DNA of 64,000 nt from Fluviicola sp. (GTDB taxonomy: Bacteria; Bacteroidota; Bacteroidia; Flavobacteriales_D; Crocinitomicaceae), in NCBI GenBank assembly GCA_039810825.1, contig JBDHXR010000001.1:10486-74485 (forward strand). The letters are read 5' to 3'. A program made the translations under genes and the position numbers. Position 1 is the stretch's first letter, and each line of letters begins with the position of its first letter. This document shows positions 30,144 through 39,922 of this stretch, piece by piece. Under the pieces are notes generated by a model. That model searched no databases. It was not told the origin of the DNA and saw nothing but the letters and a program-made list of their open reading frames with translations.

Positions 30144-31840
30144 TTTGGATTGAATTGTTGGTTTCCTCCAATGCTTTTTTGTTGACCATTTTCAAAATCA
30201 ATTTCTTTTACAACTTTACCACGCTTGTCATAAAGTTTCATTTTTCCATTTTTTAAACCATCAACATAATTTATTTCAGAAACAATATTTCCACGTCTAT
30301 CATTTTCAATGGATTTCCCATTCAATTTCCCTAATTTGTATGACGTAACATTGCTAGGTATTTTTCCTCCAGGCCAGTATGTGTACCATACACCATCTTT
30401 CTCTCCATTTTTGTATGATCCTTCTTCAATTTTCTTGTAATCTTTTTGAGAGTATGAAACAGAAGGTCCGTTTTTTACACTTTCTTGTGTTTTAAAGTCT
30501 TTAAGCGGACCATAATCGATGTGCTTCGTTTGCTTTGTGATTACTTTGTAGGTAAACATATCTTGTTCTTTGCCATTGTCAAAATAGGTAGTCCAAGCTT
30601 TTATTTTGTTTCCATTTTTGTAATAACCGCTCAGCTTTAAATTTCCGGTTGGAAAGTATGAAACCCATTCTCCATTGAGCTTGCCGGCTTTAAATGTTGC
30701 TATGTTTTTTTCTTTCCCATTCTCCCAATAGTTTACCCATGTGCCTTCTTCTTTCCCGTTTTTATAGAGTCCAGACATCAGCAATGTGCCATCTTCATAC
30801 CACGTTTCCCATTTTCCATGCTTTTCATCGTGAGCAAATGGACCGGTTTTAAACTTGCTTCCATCTTTGTAAAAGTAATTCCACGTTCCAGTTTTCAAGC
30901 CTTTATCAAACTCGGCAGTATAGCTTAGTTCGCCTGTTGGATAATAAAAAGACCATTTTCCATGTTGTTTTCCGTTTGCAAAGGTTCCTTCTTGGTCTTT
31001 TGTGCCTTTATTTGTGTACCAAATCCACTTGCCTGTTTTTTCGCCATCTAAGTACTGTCCTTCTACGTTTAATTGTTTGTTATCATAATAATAGGAATAT
31101 GTACCATTCAATTTGCCATCTTTATAGTTGCTTACTTTTTCGAGTGGGCCTGTATAATAATAATATGACCAAGTACTGTCTTTTATTCCGTTTATAAATG
31201 ACCCGGTTAGTAGGGTATGGCCATATATGGATTTTTCTTCAAAGGAACCATTTTTTAATCCGTTTTTATACCGATACTGTTCTTTCAGCGCTCCGGTATT
31301 GTAGTAAACAGTAAGTTGACCGGTTCCATCTTTTAGTGTTTGTGTATGTGCTTCATCATCTAACCAAAATGCGTTAACAAAAACAGTTGAGTCAAGAATT
31401 TCCTCTGTTTTCATTTTTTGCCCGGATAAATAATATGTTTCCCATATTCCAAAAGGTTTCCCTAGTTTAAACATGCCTTCTAGTTGAATGTTGCCAAATT
31501 CATTCCATTCTCTAAAAACACTGTCTTGCTTATTGAGTTTGAAATACCCTTCTGATCGCATTTTTCGATTAGAAAAATAAACCAAAACACGACCGTTTAA
31601 TTTTCCTCGATAATAATTTCGTTCTTCAACTTCGACTCCGTTTTTATCGTAATACAACCACTTTCCATGTTGCTCATTTGTCTCACCCAATACATCCTTG
31701 TAATAGGAACCTGTAGATTCCAATCTGGTTTTCTGAAAATCGTAGTAATTTGAAACTTTTTGGGTAAGATTTTCCTTACGAATAGTTTGAGAAAAGCTCA
31801 ATGAAGAGAAAAAGAGAATGCAAAAAACGAGTAATTTCAT
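30140..31840 (-). CDS. Secreted MORN-variant repeat protein
   Basis: Signal peptide; many G.W..YY..G....EG.Y..G.K.G repeats. Confidence 0.85.
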   Translation of the reverse strand: MKLLVFCILFFSSLSFSQTIRKENLTQKVSNYYDFQKTRLESTGSYYKDVLGETNEQHGKWLYYDKNGVEVEERNYYRGKLNGRVLVYFSNRKMRSEGYFKLNKQDSVFREWNEFGNIQLEGMFKLGKPFGIWETYYLSGQKMKTEEILDSTVFVNAFWLDDEAHTQTLKDGTGQLTVYYNTGALKEQYRYKNGLKNGSFEEKSIYGHTLLTGSFINGIKDSTWSYYYYTGPLEKVSNYKDGKLNGTYSYYYDNKQLNVEGQYLDGEKTGKWIWYTNKGTKDQEGTFANGKQHGKWSFYYPTGELSYTAEFDKGLKTGTWNYFYKDGSKFKTGPFAHDEKHGKWETWYEDGTLLMSGLYKNGKEEGTWVNYWENGKEKNIATFKAGKLNGEWVSYFPTGNLKLSGYYKNGNKIKAWTTYFDNGKEQDMFTYKVITKQTKHIDYGPLKDFKTQESVKNGPSVSYSQKDYKKIEEGSYKNGEKDGVWYTYWPGGKIPSNVTSYKLGKLNGKSIENDRRGNIVSEINYVDGLKNGKMKLYDKRGKVVKEIDFENGQQKSIGGNQQFNPN

Positions 31841-31887
31841 GGGTTTGTTCTTTATTAGATAACGTTAATATGTGTATCTGTTACGGA

Positions 31888-32538
31888 TTATTTATGAAGA
31901 AATCCTTTTAAAGCGAGGTAAATACCAGTTCCGATAATCACAATTCCAACAAAACGATTCATTCCAACCAATACTTTATCAGTAATAAATGGGCGTAGCT
32001 TTTTAGCACCAATAATTTTCAGTAAATCCAGAGAAAAAAATGTAATCAGGATAAAAAAGATATACCAATAGGTAGAGTCGTCTATTGAATTTCCAGAAGA
32101 TTTTTTCCCATCCACACCAAAGGCTATTACTGTAAGCCAATAGAAAATGACAGCCGGATTGGCAAAATTTAATATGAAACCTTTTACTCCCGTTAGGATC
32201 AAATCTTTTGGCGTACTGTTTAATTCCTTATTTGTTTCTTCGCTGTTTTCTTTTGGTTTTTTAACCAAGGTGAAAATTCCGAAAATGAGCAATACAAATC
32301 CTCCTACAATCGAGATTATATGTGCGTTTTCTCCAGACGTTAATTTTGTAACTTGAGAATAAAAAAGAAGCGCAAAAACAATGTAAACAATATCTGAAAG
32401 AAATACACCGATATCTAAAGCAATTGCGGCTCGAATACCTTTCCGAATGCTGGTTTCAAGCAATAAGAAAAAGACAGGACCAATCATTACGCTCAATACG
32501 AATCCTGTAATTACGCCTTTTACAATAATATCTATCAA
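31888..32538 (-). CDS. LysE/RhtB family exporter
   Basis: IGPVFFLLLE..G, GFILNFANPAVIFYW; about six TM helices. Confidence 0.85.
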   Translation of the reverse strand: MIDIIVKGVITGFVLSVMIGPVFFLLLETSIRKGIRAAIALDIGVFLSDIVYIVFALLFYSQVTKLTSGENAHIISIVGGFVLLIFGIFTLVKKPKENSEETNKELNSTPKDLILTGVKGFILNFANPAVIFYWLTVIAFGVDGKKSSGNSIDDSTYWYIFFILITFFSLDLLKIIGAKKLRPFITDKVLVGMNRFVGIVIIGTGIYLALKGFLHK

Positions 32539-32760
32539 ACAATCAGGTTTTTCAGTTTTTACAAATATAATGATTCGTGGTTCACATCAAAATAAAAATT
32601 TAATTTGACTAAGGTTCTAAGCAAAATAATTCAGCCATGAAAAAAAATGGACATCAAATAAAAAAATATAAGTTATTCTATGATAACTCACAATAAAGTC
32701 ATTACATTTGCAGGTCTTTGAATTGTTCGTTCAAACAAAGCAGTCATAAAAACAAAAAAT

Positions 32761-33120
32761 ATGAAAACGGCCGTTGCCAACAAGAAGTTAGAAGAAATTA
32801 TTTCCAATGTCGATAAAAAAGGAATCGATTACAAAGGTATAGTTGATGATCTGAAAGAATTGCGCGAGCAAGCTTTGAAAGAACAAGATCCATTGGTTGT
32901 AAAAGTTTTGCGATTGACTTATGAGTTTTTACAAGAAAGAAAAGCGTACGACGTACAGGCACAATTTGACGAAGATGAAGAAGGAAATGAATATCCTCTT
33001 GAAGTTGAAGACAAAGAAAATCTGTTGTATTTGTTGAATTTGCTGAAGAATGCGGATCACAAAATTAACCGTGAAGAGATAAAAGATTTTAGAACTGCAT
33101 TGAAACAAGAATTATACTAA
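32761..33120 (+). CDS. Hypothetical acidic alpha-helical protein
   Basis: 119-aa ORF with an A-rich initiation region, TACATTTG element at 32703-32710 and a terminator directly downstream. Confidence 0.75.
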   Translation: MKTAVANKKLEEIISNVDKKGIDYKGIVDDLKELREQALKEQDPLVVKVLRLTYEFLQERKAYDVQAQFDEDEEGNEYPLEVEDKENLLYLLNLLKNADHKINREEIKDFRTALKQELY

Positions 33121-33139
33121 GATTGAATTCTTTATATTG

Positions 33140-33168
33140 AAGCCACCTTATTGGTGGCTTTTTTGTTT
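33140..33168 (+). terminator. Intrinsic terminator
   Basis: AAGCCACC-TTATT-GGTGGCTT followed by TTTTG. Confidence 0.85.
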
Positions 33169-33211
33169 CCTTTACATCTAATTTTATTTTCTTATTTCAT
33201 ATATTTGTGAG

Positions 33212-33592
33212 GTGAGACGAATTGTCGGAGTTATATTGCTTTTTGTTTTTTTGATGGGGCACACCTCATTCGGGCAATTCATGCGCATTCCTACGCTTAT
33301 TCATCATTATTTTGAACATGTAGAATGGGATAATTCAAGCCTTTCAACATTTCTTTCAGAGCATTATTCATTGCATATAAACCATCCTGATGATAAGCAT
33401 CACGATCATGAAAATCTGCCTTTTAAAACGATTCATGCAGGCGTACATACCGTTGTAATAACTCCACAACCACAATTTTGTCTATTACAAAATGTGTTTT
33501 TCCCTACTAAAACAATTAGTTTAATTTCAAATCAACTTAATTATTCGAACCAATACTTAAATAGTATTTGGCAACCTCCTCGCTTTAGCTAA
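33212..33592 (+). CDS. His-rich exported leader protein upstream of the metal efflux pump
   Basis: Hydrophobic N-terminus, 12 His (HHYFEH, HINHPDDKHHDH), C-terminal SIWQPPRFS; TATATTTG at 33200-33207. Confidence 0.75.
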   Translation: MRRIVGVILLFVFLMGHTSFGQFMRIPTLIHHYFEHVEWDNSSLSTFLSEHYSLHINHPDDKHHDHENLPFKTIHAGVHTVVITPQPQFCLLQNVFFPTKTISLISNQLNYSNQYLNSIWQPPRFS

Positions 33593-33665
33593 TCATTTCT
33601 TTAGAAAGTATTCATGTGTGTTTAAAAAAACACTGTGAGAAGTTTAATGATTAGTTAAGTTTATT

Positions 33666-36600
33666 ATGCTCAATAATATTATTGCGTTCTCTATCAAGAA
33701 CAAACTTATTGTCGGCCTTTTTGTATTGGCCCTTATTGTCTTTGGAATTTTTGAATTAAAAAAATTGCCAATTGATGCTGTACCTGATATTACAAATAAT
33801 CAAGTGCAAGTAATTACAAATGCTCCAGCTCTTGGGGCAACTGATGTTGAGAGATTAATCACCTTTCCCATTGAACAAGTGAGTAACAACCTTCCGGGGT
33901 TGATTGAAATTAGAAGCTTTTCACGTTTCGGTCTGTCTGTTGTTACAATAATATTTGATGACAAAACAGATATTTATTGGGCACGGCAACAAGTAGCTGA
34001 GCGCTTGCAACAGGTAATGGATCAAATTCCTAAAGGAATTGAAAAACCAACCCTTGCCCCAGTAACAACAGGACTAGGTGAGATTTATCAATATACAGTT
34101 CGAACAAAGAAAGGATACGAAGATAAATACAACGCGATGGAGTTGCGCACAATTCAAGATTGGATTGTAAGACGGCAATTGCTTGGAGTTAAAGGCGTGG
34201 CTGAAGTAAGCAGTTTCGGAGGACTGTTGAAGCAGTATGAAGTAGCAGTTGAAATAGAAAAGTTAGTTGCGAACAACGTTACCATAGAAGAAGTTTACAA
34301 TGCACTTGAAAGTAACAACGAGAATACGGGAGGTTCTTACATTGAAAAAGGCCCAACCATTCTATACATTCGAAGCGAAGGATTAGCTTCAAGTATTGAA
34401 GATATTCAAAATACGGTTATTAAAAAATTACCCAATGGAGTGCCAATACTTATTCGAGATATCGGTGAAGTGAAATTCGGGAATGCTCCGCGAAATGGAG
34501 CTTTGACATACAATGGGAAACAACAGGTTTCTGGAGCAGTTGTTATGATGCTAAAAGGCGCAAACAGCAATGAAGTGATTAATAGCATAAAAGAACGTAT
34601 TGCACAAATCGAGAAAACTTTGCCAGAGGGCGTTGTTATTGATCCTTATTTAGACAGATCAAAAATGGTGAATAATGCTATTAGCACTGTTACTAAAAAC
34701 TTATTGGAAGGCGCGTTAATTGTGATTTTTGTGCTTGTTCTATTTATTGGGAATATTCGAGCCGGTTTGTTGGTGGCTTCTGTGATTCCTCTTTCAATGC
34801 TTTTTGCAATCATCATGATGAACTTATTCGGAGTAAGTGGAAATTTGATGAGTCTTGGTGCTTTAGACTTTGGGTTGATTGTTGACGGTTCTGTTATTGT
34901 AGTTGAAGCTGTATTGCACAAAATGAGCAGTAGCAACCGTTTAAATCATAGTATCCAATTTTCTCAACTTGAGATGGATCTGCAAGTACAAAGTTCAGCC
35001 TCTAAAATGATGAACAGCGCTGTTTTCGGGCAGGTAATAATATTGGTAGTTTACCTTCCAATTTTCTCGTTCCAAGGAATTGAAGGAAAAATGTTTATTC
35101 CAATGGCTCAAACAGTTGCATTTGCTTTGTTAGGAGCATTTATTCTTTCCTTGACATACATTCCTATGATGAGTACGTTGATATTGAGTAAAACAAAGAA
35201 AACGAAGCAATCTTTTTCTGATAAGATGATGTCTTTTATTGAAGCGAAGTATCAAAAAGGACTTGTTTTTACAATTCGTTATCAAAAATCCATTTTGCTG
35301 TCAATTTTTGCTTTGTTTCTCTTTGCGCTGTTTACTGCTACCAAATTGGGTGGAGAATTTATTCCTGAACTTCCTGAAGGGGATTTTGCAGTAGAAACCA
35401 GAGTGTTGCCGGGGAGCAACCTGAATACTTCTATTGAAGCAGCATCAAAAGCTTCAAAAATTATTCTTGAAAAGTTTCCAGAAGTAGAACAAGTTGTTGC
35501 TAAAACGGGAAACAGTGAGGTTCCGGTTGACCCTATGCCGGTTGATTTGACCGATATGATAGTGATTTTGAAAAAGCGAAATGAATGGACTTCAGCATCT
35601 ACTTATGAAGAACTTGAAAAGAAAATGGCAAAAGAATTAGAAGCAGTACCGGGTGTGACTTTTGGTTTTCAATTCCCTGTTGCTATGCGCTTTAATGAAC
35701 TTATTTCTGGAGCAAGGCAAGATGTAGTTTGTAAAATTTTTGGAGAAAATCTGGATACACTTGCATATTACGCACATAAAATCGGGAAAATTGTCAATAA
35801 AGTTGATGGAAGTGAAGCCTTGTATGTAGAGAAGGTAACTGGTCTCCCTCAAATAGTAGTTTCATACAATAGAGCTGTTATCGCACAATATGGCTTGTCT
35901 ATTCGTGAAATAAACAGTGTATTGAACAGCGCTTTTGCTGGCGGATATGCCGGTGAAGTTTTTGAAGGGGAAAAACGTTTTGATTTGGTTGTAAGACTAA
36001 GTGGAAACAAGCGGAAAAACCTTGAGGATGTTCAGAAACTACTGATTAACACACCTTCTGGCGCACAAATCCCATTAAACTCTTTAGCAAAAGTTGAAAT
36101 AATTGAAGGTCCAAACCAAATTCAGCGAGAAAACTCACAACGCAGAATAACTGTGGGGTTTAATGTGCGAGATAGAGATGTTCAGAGTACTGTGCATGAT
36201 TTGCAACAAAAAATTGAAAATGAAATTAAATTGCCTGCTGGCTACTTTATTTCCTATGGAGGCGCTTTTGAAAATTTGGTTGATGCAAAAGAACGGTTAT
36301 ACATTGTAGTGCCAATAGCGTTAAGCTTAATTTTTATTTTACTGTTTTTTGCTTTTGGTTCAGTTAAACAAAGTTTATTGATATATACTTCTATTCCATT
36401 ATCTGCAATTGGAGGAATCTTCGCATTGTATGTAAGAGATATTTCGTTTAGTGTAAGTGCAGGAATTGGTTTTATTGCCTTATTTGGAGTTGTAGTATTA
36501 AACGGAATAGTTTTGGTGGCCGAGTTTAACCGTTTACGAAAAGAAGGGATGAACAATTTACTTAAAGTAGTAATTGTTGGGACTACAACACGTTTACGCC

Positions 36601-38009
36601 CTGTTCTGATGACTGCTTTTGTTGCTTCTCTCGGATTTTTACCAATGGCACTGAGCCATGGTGAAGGGGCAGAGGTGCAAAGACCATTGGCAAGTGTAGT
36701 TATTGGCGGGTTATTGGGAGCAACTTTTCTGACACTTTTTATATTGCCAATGTTATACATGTTTGCTTATAGAAAGCATAAAATTGACACTAAAATTTTG
36801 ACACTTCTTATTGTAGGTTTACTGTTTTCAACTCCTAATACCTTTGCCCAGTCAACTATTTCTTTGCCACAAGCTATTGATACAGCCTTGGCAAATAATT
36901 TATCTGTGAAGAATGAACGATTGACAAGTGAATACAAACAAAAGTTGATAAAATCAGGTATTGATGTCCCAAATACAACTGTTTTTGGTGAATATGGACA
37001 AATAAACAGCTATTATTCAGATACGCGTTTAGTGTTTTCCCAGACAATCAATTTCCCTACGGTTTATGCACGGCAAAAATCTGTTTTCAATGAAGAGTGG
37101 AAAAGCAGTGTTTTGAATATAGGTGTAAAAGAAGCGCAATTAAAAATGCTTGTGTCTCAATTGTATGTTGAACTTATATTTCTTCAGCAGAAAAAAGAAT
37201 TATTACTTGCAAATGATAGTATTTATTCAATTTTTTTGATTCGTGCAAACCAACGATATCAGAGCGGTGAAAACAATGCACTTGAAAAAGCAACAGCTGA
37301 AAATATGCGTAACCAAATTGCAATACAACTTAAGCAAATTCTTCAAGACATTGAGCTATTGCAGTTGCAATTTCAACTTGTATTAAACACGTCAGTTTCT
37401 TTTCAGCCTGATGTTCATACCAATTTTTTCAATTCAGTTCATATAATGGATAGTTCTTCTTTATTGGCACACCCAATTCTTGAATTTTACAAACAACAAG
37501 AACAATCAGCACAGGCTGTTTTGAAATTGGAACGTTCTAGATTGCTGCCAGATTTAGTGTTTGGATACAACATTATGGGAATGAAAGGTACTGGTTCAGA
37601 CAACAATGTTTACAATAGAGATCTACGCTTTCAGTCAGTGCAAGTCGGTCTCGGAATACCAATTTTTAATAGCGGAATTAAAGCTCGAATTAATGCAGCA
37701 AAAACAGCTAAGTTAATAGCCTTAAACTCAATGGAACAAGAACAAAAAAAGTTCATGTCAGCATACACATCTGCATCAATGAAGTATCAGTCTAATCAAG
37801 ATATTGTTAATCTTTTCGAATCATCTGCTCTGAAAAATGCAATGCTCATAGCTAACTCAGCTTACAATCAATTTGAAAAAGGAGAAATTAATTACTTGGA
37901 ATTGACTCTGTTGATGAACCAATCTATTCAGATAAAGAGCGATTATATACAAGCATTGAAAGCTCGAAATTTAGCTGCTATTGAACTAAATTATTATTTA
38001 AATAAATAA
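33666..38009 (+). CDS. czcA: CusA/CzcA heavy-metal RND pump fused to a TolC-like outer-membrane factor
   Basis: LPIDAVPDITNNQVQ, GALDFGLIVDG, RLRPVLMT, GAEVQRPLA; extra ~400-aa C-terminal OEP-like domain. Confidence 0.88.
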   Translation: MLNNIIAFSIKNKLIVGLFVLALIVFGIFELKKLPIDAVPDITNNQVQVITNAPALGATDVERLITFPIEQVSNNLPGLIEIRSFSRFGLSVVTIIFDDKTDIYWARQQVAERLQQVMDQIPKGIEKPTLAPVTTGLGEIYQYTVRTKKGYEDKYNAMELRTIQDWIVRRQLLGVKGVAEVSSFGGLLKQYEVAVEIEKLVANNVTIEEVYNALESNNENTGGSYIEKGPTILYIRSEGLASSIEDIQNTVIKKLPNGVPILIRDIGEVKFGNAPRNGALTYNGKQQVSGAVVMMLKGANSNEVINSIKERIAQIEKTLPEGVVIDPYLDRSKMVNNAISTVTKNLLEGALIVIFVLVLFIGNIRAGLLVASVIPLSMLFAIIMMNLFGVSGNLMSLGALDFGLIVDGSVIVVEAVLHKMSSSNRLNHSIQFSQLEMDLQVQSSASKMMNSAVFGQVIILVVYLPIFSFQGIEGKMFIPMAQTVAFALLGAFILSLTYIPMMSTLILSKTKKTKQSFSDKMMSFIEAKYQKGLVFTIRYQKSILLSIFALFLFALFTATKLGGEFIPELPEGDFAVETRVLPGSNLNTSIEAASKASKIILEKFPEVEQVVAKTGNSEVPVDPMPVDLTDMIVILKKRNEWTSASTYEELEKKMAKELEAVPGVTFGFQFPVAMRFNELISGARQDVVCKIFGENLDTLAYYAHKIGKIVNKVDGSEALYVEKVTGLPQIVVSYNRAVIAQYGLSIREINSVLNSAFAGGYAGEVFEGEKRFDLVVRLSGNKRKNLEDVQKLLINTPSGAQIPLNSLAKVEIIEGPNQIQRENSQRRITVGFNVRDRDVQSTVHDLQQKIENEIKLPAGYFISYGGAFENLVDAKERLYIVVPIALSLIFILLFFAFGSVKQSLLIYTSIPLSAIGGIFALYVRDISFSVSAGIGFIALFGVVVLNGIVLVAEFNRLRKEGMNNLLKVVIVGTTTRLRPVLMTAFVASLGFLPMALSHGEGAEVQRPLASVVIGGLLGATFLTLFILPMLYMFAYRKHKIDTKILTLLIVGLLFSTPNTFAQSTISLPQAIDTALANNLSVKNERLTSEYKQKLIKSGIDVPNTTVFGEYGQINSYYSDTRLVFSQTINFPTVYARQKSVFNEEWKSSVLNIGVKEAQLKMLVSQLYVELIFLQQKKELLLANDSIYSIFLIRANQRYQSGENNALEKATAENMRNQIAIQLKQILQDIELLQLQFQLVLNTSVSFQPDVHTNFFNSVHIMDSSSLLAHPILEFYKQQEQSAQAVLKLERSRLLPDLVFGYNIMGMKGTGSDNNVYNRDLRFQSVQVGLGIPIFNSGIKARINAAKTAKLIALNSMEQEQKKFMSAYTSASMKYQSNQDIVNLFESSALKNAMLIANSAYNQFEKGEINYLELTLLMNQSIQIKSDYIQALKARNLAAIELNYYLNK

Positions 38010-38021
38010 CAAAACACTAAA

Positions 38022-39146
38022 ATGAAGAAGTCTCTTTTTATGCTAATGTCCACAACAGTTTTGTTTGCTTGTGGAAGTAGCAACAACGAATCACAATCTC
38101 CTCAACAAAAGGAGAATGTATTAACACTTACAGAAGTGCAATACAATAATGCAGCTATTGAAACTACACGAATAGTGAATCAAGCAATGGCAACTCAAAT
38201 TAAGTTGAATGGAAGGGTTGAAGTTCCTCCTCAAAACAGAATTTCAGTTAGTTTCCCATTAGGAGGATATTTGAAATCAACAAAACTTTTGGAAGGAATG
38301 CCGGTAAAAAAAGGCCAAATTTTGGCTGTTTTAGAAGATATGCAGTTTATTCAGCTGCAGGAGGATTTCCTAACAGCCAAAGCACAATTGTCTTTGACAG
38401 AAAGTGAATTCAAGCGTCAGAAGGAACTAAATCAGACAAAAGCTACCAGTGATAAACTATTCGAGCAAGCACGGGCAAACTTTCAAACTAAATTAGTTGC
38501 AATAAAATCGTTGGAAGAAAAATTAAAACTTATTGGTGTAAATCCCGAAAAACTTAACGATAACACGATTTCTAAAAGTATCAATGTGTATGCACCAATT
38601 TCTGGCTATGTTTCTGTTGTTAATGTAAATGTTGGGAAATATGTTCTTCCGAGCGAAGTGATGTTCGAATTGATTGACCCAAGCTTGATATATCTATCAC
38701 TCACAGCTTTTGAAAAAGACATCAATGCACTTGCAGTTGGTCAAAAGCTAAGCGCATATTCCAATACAAATCCGGAGTTAAAATTTCCATGCACGATTAC
38801 TTTTGTTAAAAAAGACCTTCAAAATCAAAGTTCGGCTTCAGTTATCTGTAGTTTTGATAGATTTGACAAGACTTTGGTGCCTGGATTGTTTATGAATGCA
38901 GAGGTTGAACTGACTAATCAAGCAAGAAATGCCTTACCAAATGATGCAATAGTTCGATTTGAAAACAAGCAATATGTTTTTGTTGTTAAATCAAAACGCA
39001 CATTTGAAATGAATGAAGTAAAAGTTGGCACTTCTGAAAATGGCTATACTGAAGTGGTAAATTCAAACAATTTTGAAAACGAACTTTTTGTCGCCAAAGG
39101 AGCATATACACTACTGATGGCGTTGAAAAATGAAGGTGAAGAATAA
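38022..39146 (+). CDS. RND periplasmic adaptor lipoprotein, CzcB-like
   Basis: Lipobox LFACG; GMPVKKGQ.L lipoyl-like halves, coiled coil, PGLFMNA. Confidence 0.88.
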   Translation: MKKSLFMLMSTTVLFACGSSNNESQSPQQKENVLTLTEVQYNNAAIETTRIVNQAMATQIKLNGRVEVPPQNRISVSFPLGGYLKSTKLLEGMPVKKGQILAVLEDMQFIQLQEDFLTAKAQLSLTESEFKRQKELNQTKATSDKLFEQARANFQTKLVAIKSLEEKLKLIGVNPEKLNDNTISKSINVYAPISGYVSVVNVNVGKYVLPSEVMFELIDPSLIYLSLTAFEKDINALAVGQKLSAYSNTNPELKFPCTITFVKKDLQNQSSASVICSFDRFDKTLVPGLFMNAEVELTNQARNALPNDAIVRFENKQYVFVVKSKRTFEMNEVKVGTSENGYTEVVNSNNFENELFVAKGAYTLLMALKNEGEE

Positions 39147-39170
39147 TCGAATTTAAGATTAAAAGATTTT

Positions 39171-39500
39171 TTACAAAAACCCCAATTCTAATTTTGCTTC
39201 TTCACTCATCATGTCTTTATCCCAGGGTGGGTCAAATACCACGTTGACTTTTGATGCAGCAACTCCTGCAATATTGCCAACTTGTGTTTCTACATCTTTG
39301 GGTAAAGATTCTGCAACTGGGCAGTTTGGTGAAGTTAAGGTCATGTCAATTGAAACTTCAAAGTCTTCAGTAATTCGGACTTCATATATTAATCCCAATT
39401 CATAAATATCAACTGGTATTTCAGGGTCATAAATTGTTTTTAAAACACTTACAACGTTGTTTTCAAGTTTGTGAATTTGCTCTTCTATTTGTGTGCTCAT
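39171..39500 (-). CDS. sufT: DUF59/MIP18 Fe-S assembly protein (SufT-like)
   Basis: DPEIPVDIYELGLIY, MTLTSPNCP, VFDPPW. Confidence 0.85.
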   Translation of the reverse strand: MSTQIEEQIHKLENNVVSVLKTIYDPEIPVDIYELGLIYEVRITEDFEVSIDMTLTSPNCPVAESLPKDVETQVGNIAGVAASKVNVVFDPPWDKDMMSEEAKLELGFL

Positions 39501-39501
39501 T

Positions 39502-39918
39502 TTATTTTTTTAATGCGGCCAATGCCAAAAGTTTAATGTTTTTTACCATGCTTGCCAACCCATTGGAACGAGTAGGAGAAAGGTGTTCTTGCAAGCCTAT
39601 TTCTTGAATGAAAAAAGGTTCGTTTTTCAATATTTCATCTGCTGTTTCGTTGTTGTAAACGCGAATTAACAAGCCAATGATTCCTTTTGTAATAATTGCA
39701 TCAGAATCAGCTGTAAATTGTACTTTTCCATCTACTATATTTGCATCTAGCCAAACTTGACTTTGACACCCTTCGATAAGCCGATCCTTGGTTTTTAATT
39801 CGCATGAAATTATTGGAAGCTCCTTGCCAAGTTCAATGATGTACTCGTATTTTTCCATCCAATCATTGTAGATAGAAAATTCATCAATTATCTCTTGTTG
39901 TTTTTCTTGTATTGTCAT
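39502..39918 (-). CDS. sufE: Sulfur acceptor SufE
   Basis: KYEYIIELGK, IEGCQSQVW, DSDAIITKG, LSPTRSNG. Confidence 0.92.
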   Translation of the reverse strand: MTIQEKQQEIIDEFSIYNDWMEKYEYIIELGKELPIISCELKTKDRLIEGCQSQVWLDANIVDGKVQFTADSDAIITKGIIGLLIRVYNNETADEILKNEPFFIQEIGLQEHLSPTRSNGLASMVKNIKLLALAALKK

Positions 39919-39922
39919 TTTA

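Noticed and set aside
30140-31840. YwqK-type antitoxin of a toxin-antitoxin pair
   Set aside because: Only generic MORN-variant repeats plus a signal peptide are present, and there is no adjacent toxin gene.
33666-38009. RND pump-TolC fusion as a novelty
   Set aside because: This fusion is common in Bacteroidota CusA/CzcA proteins.
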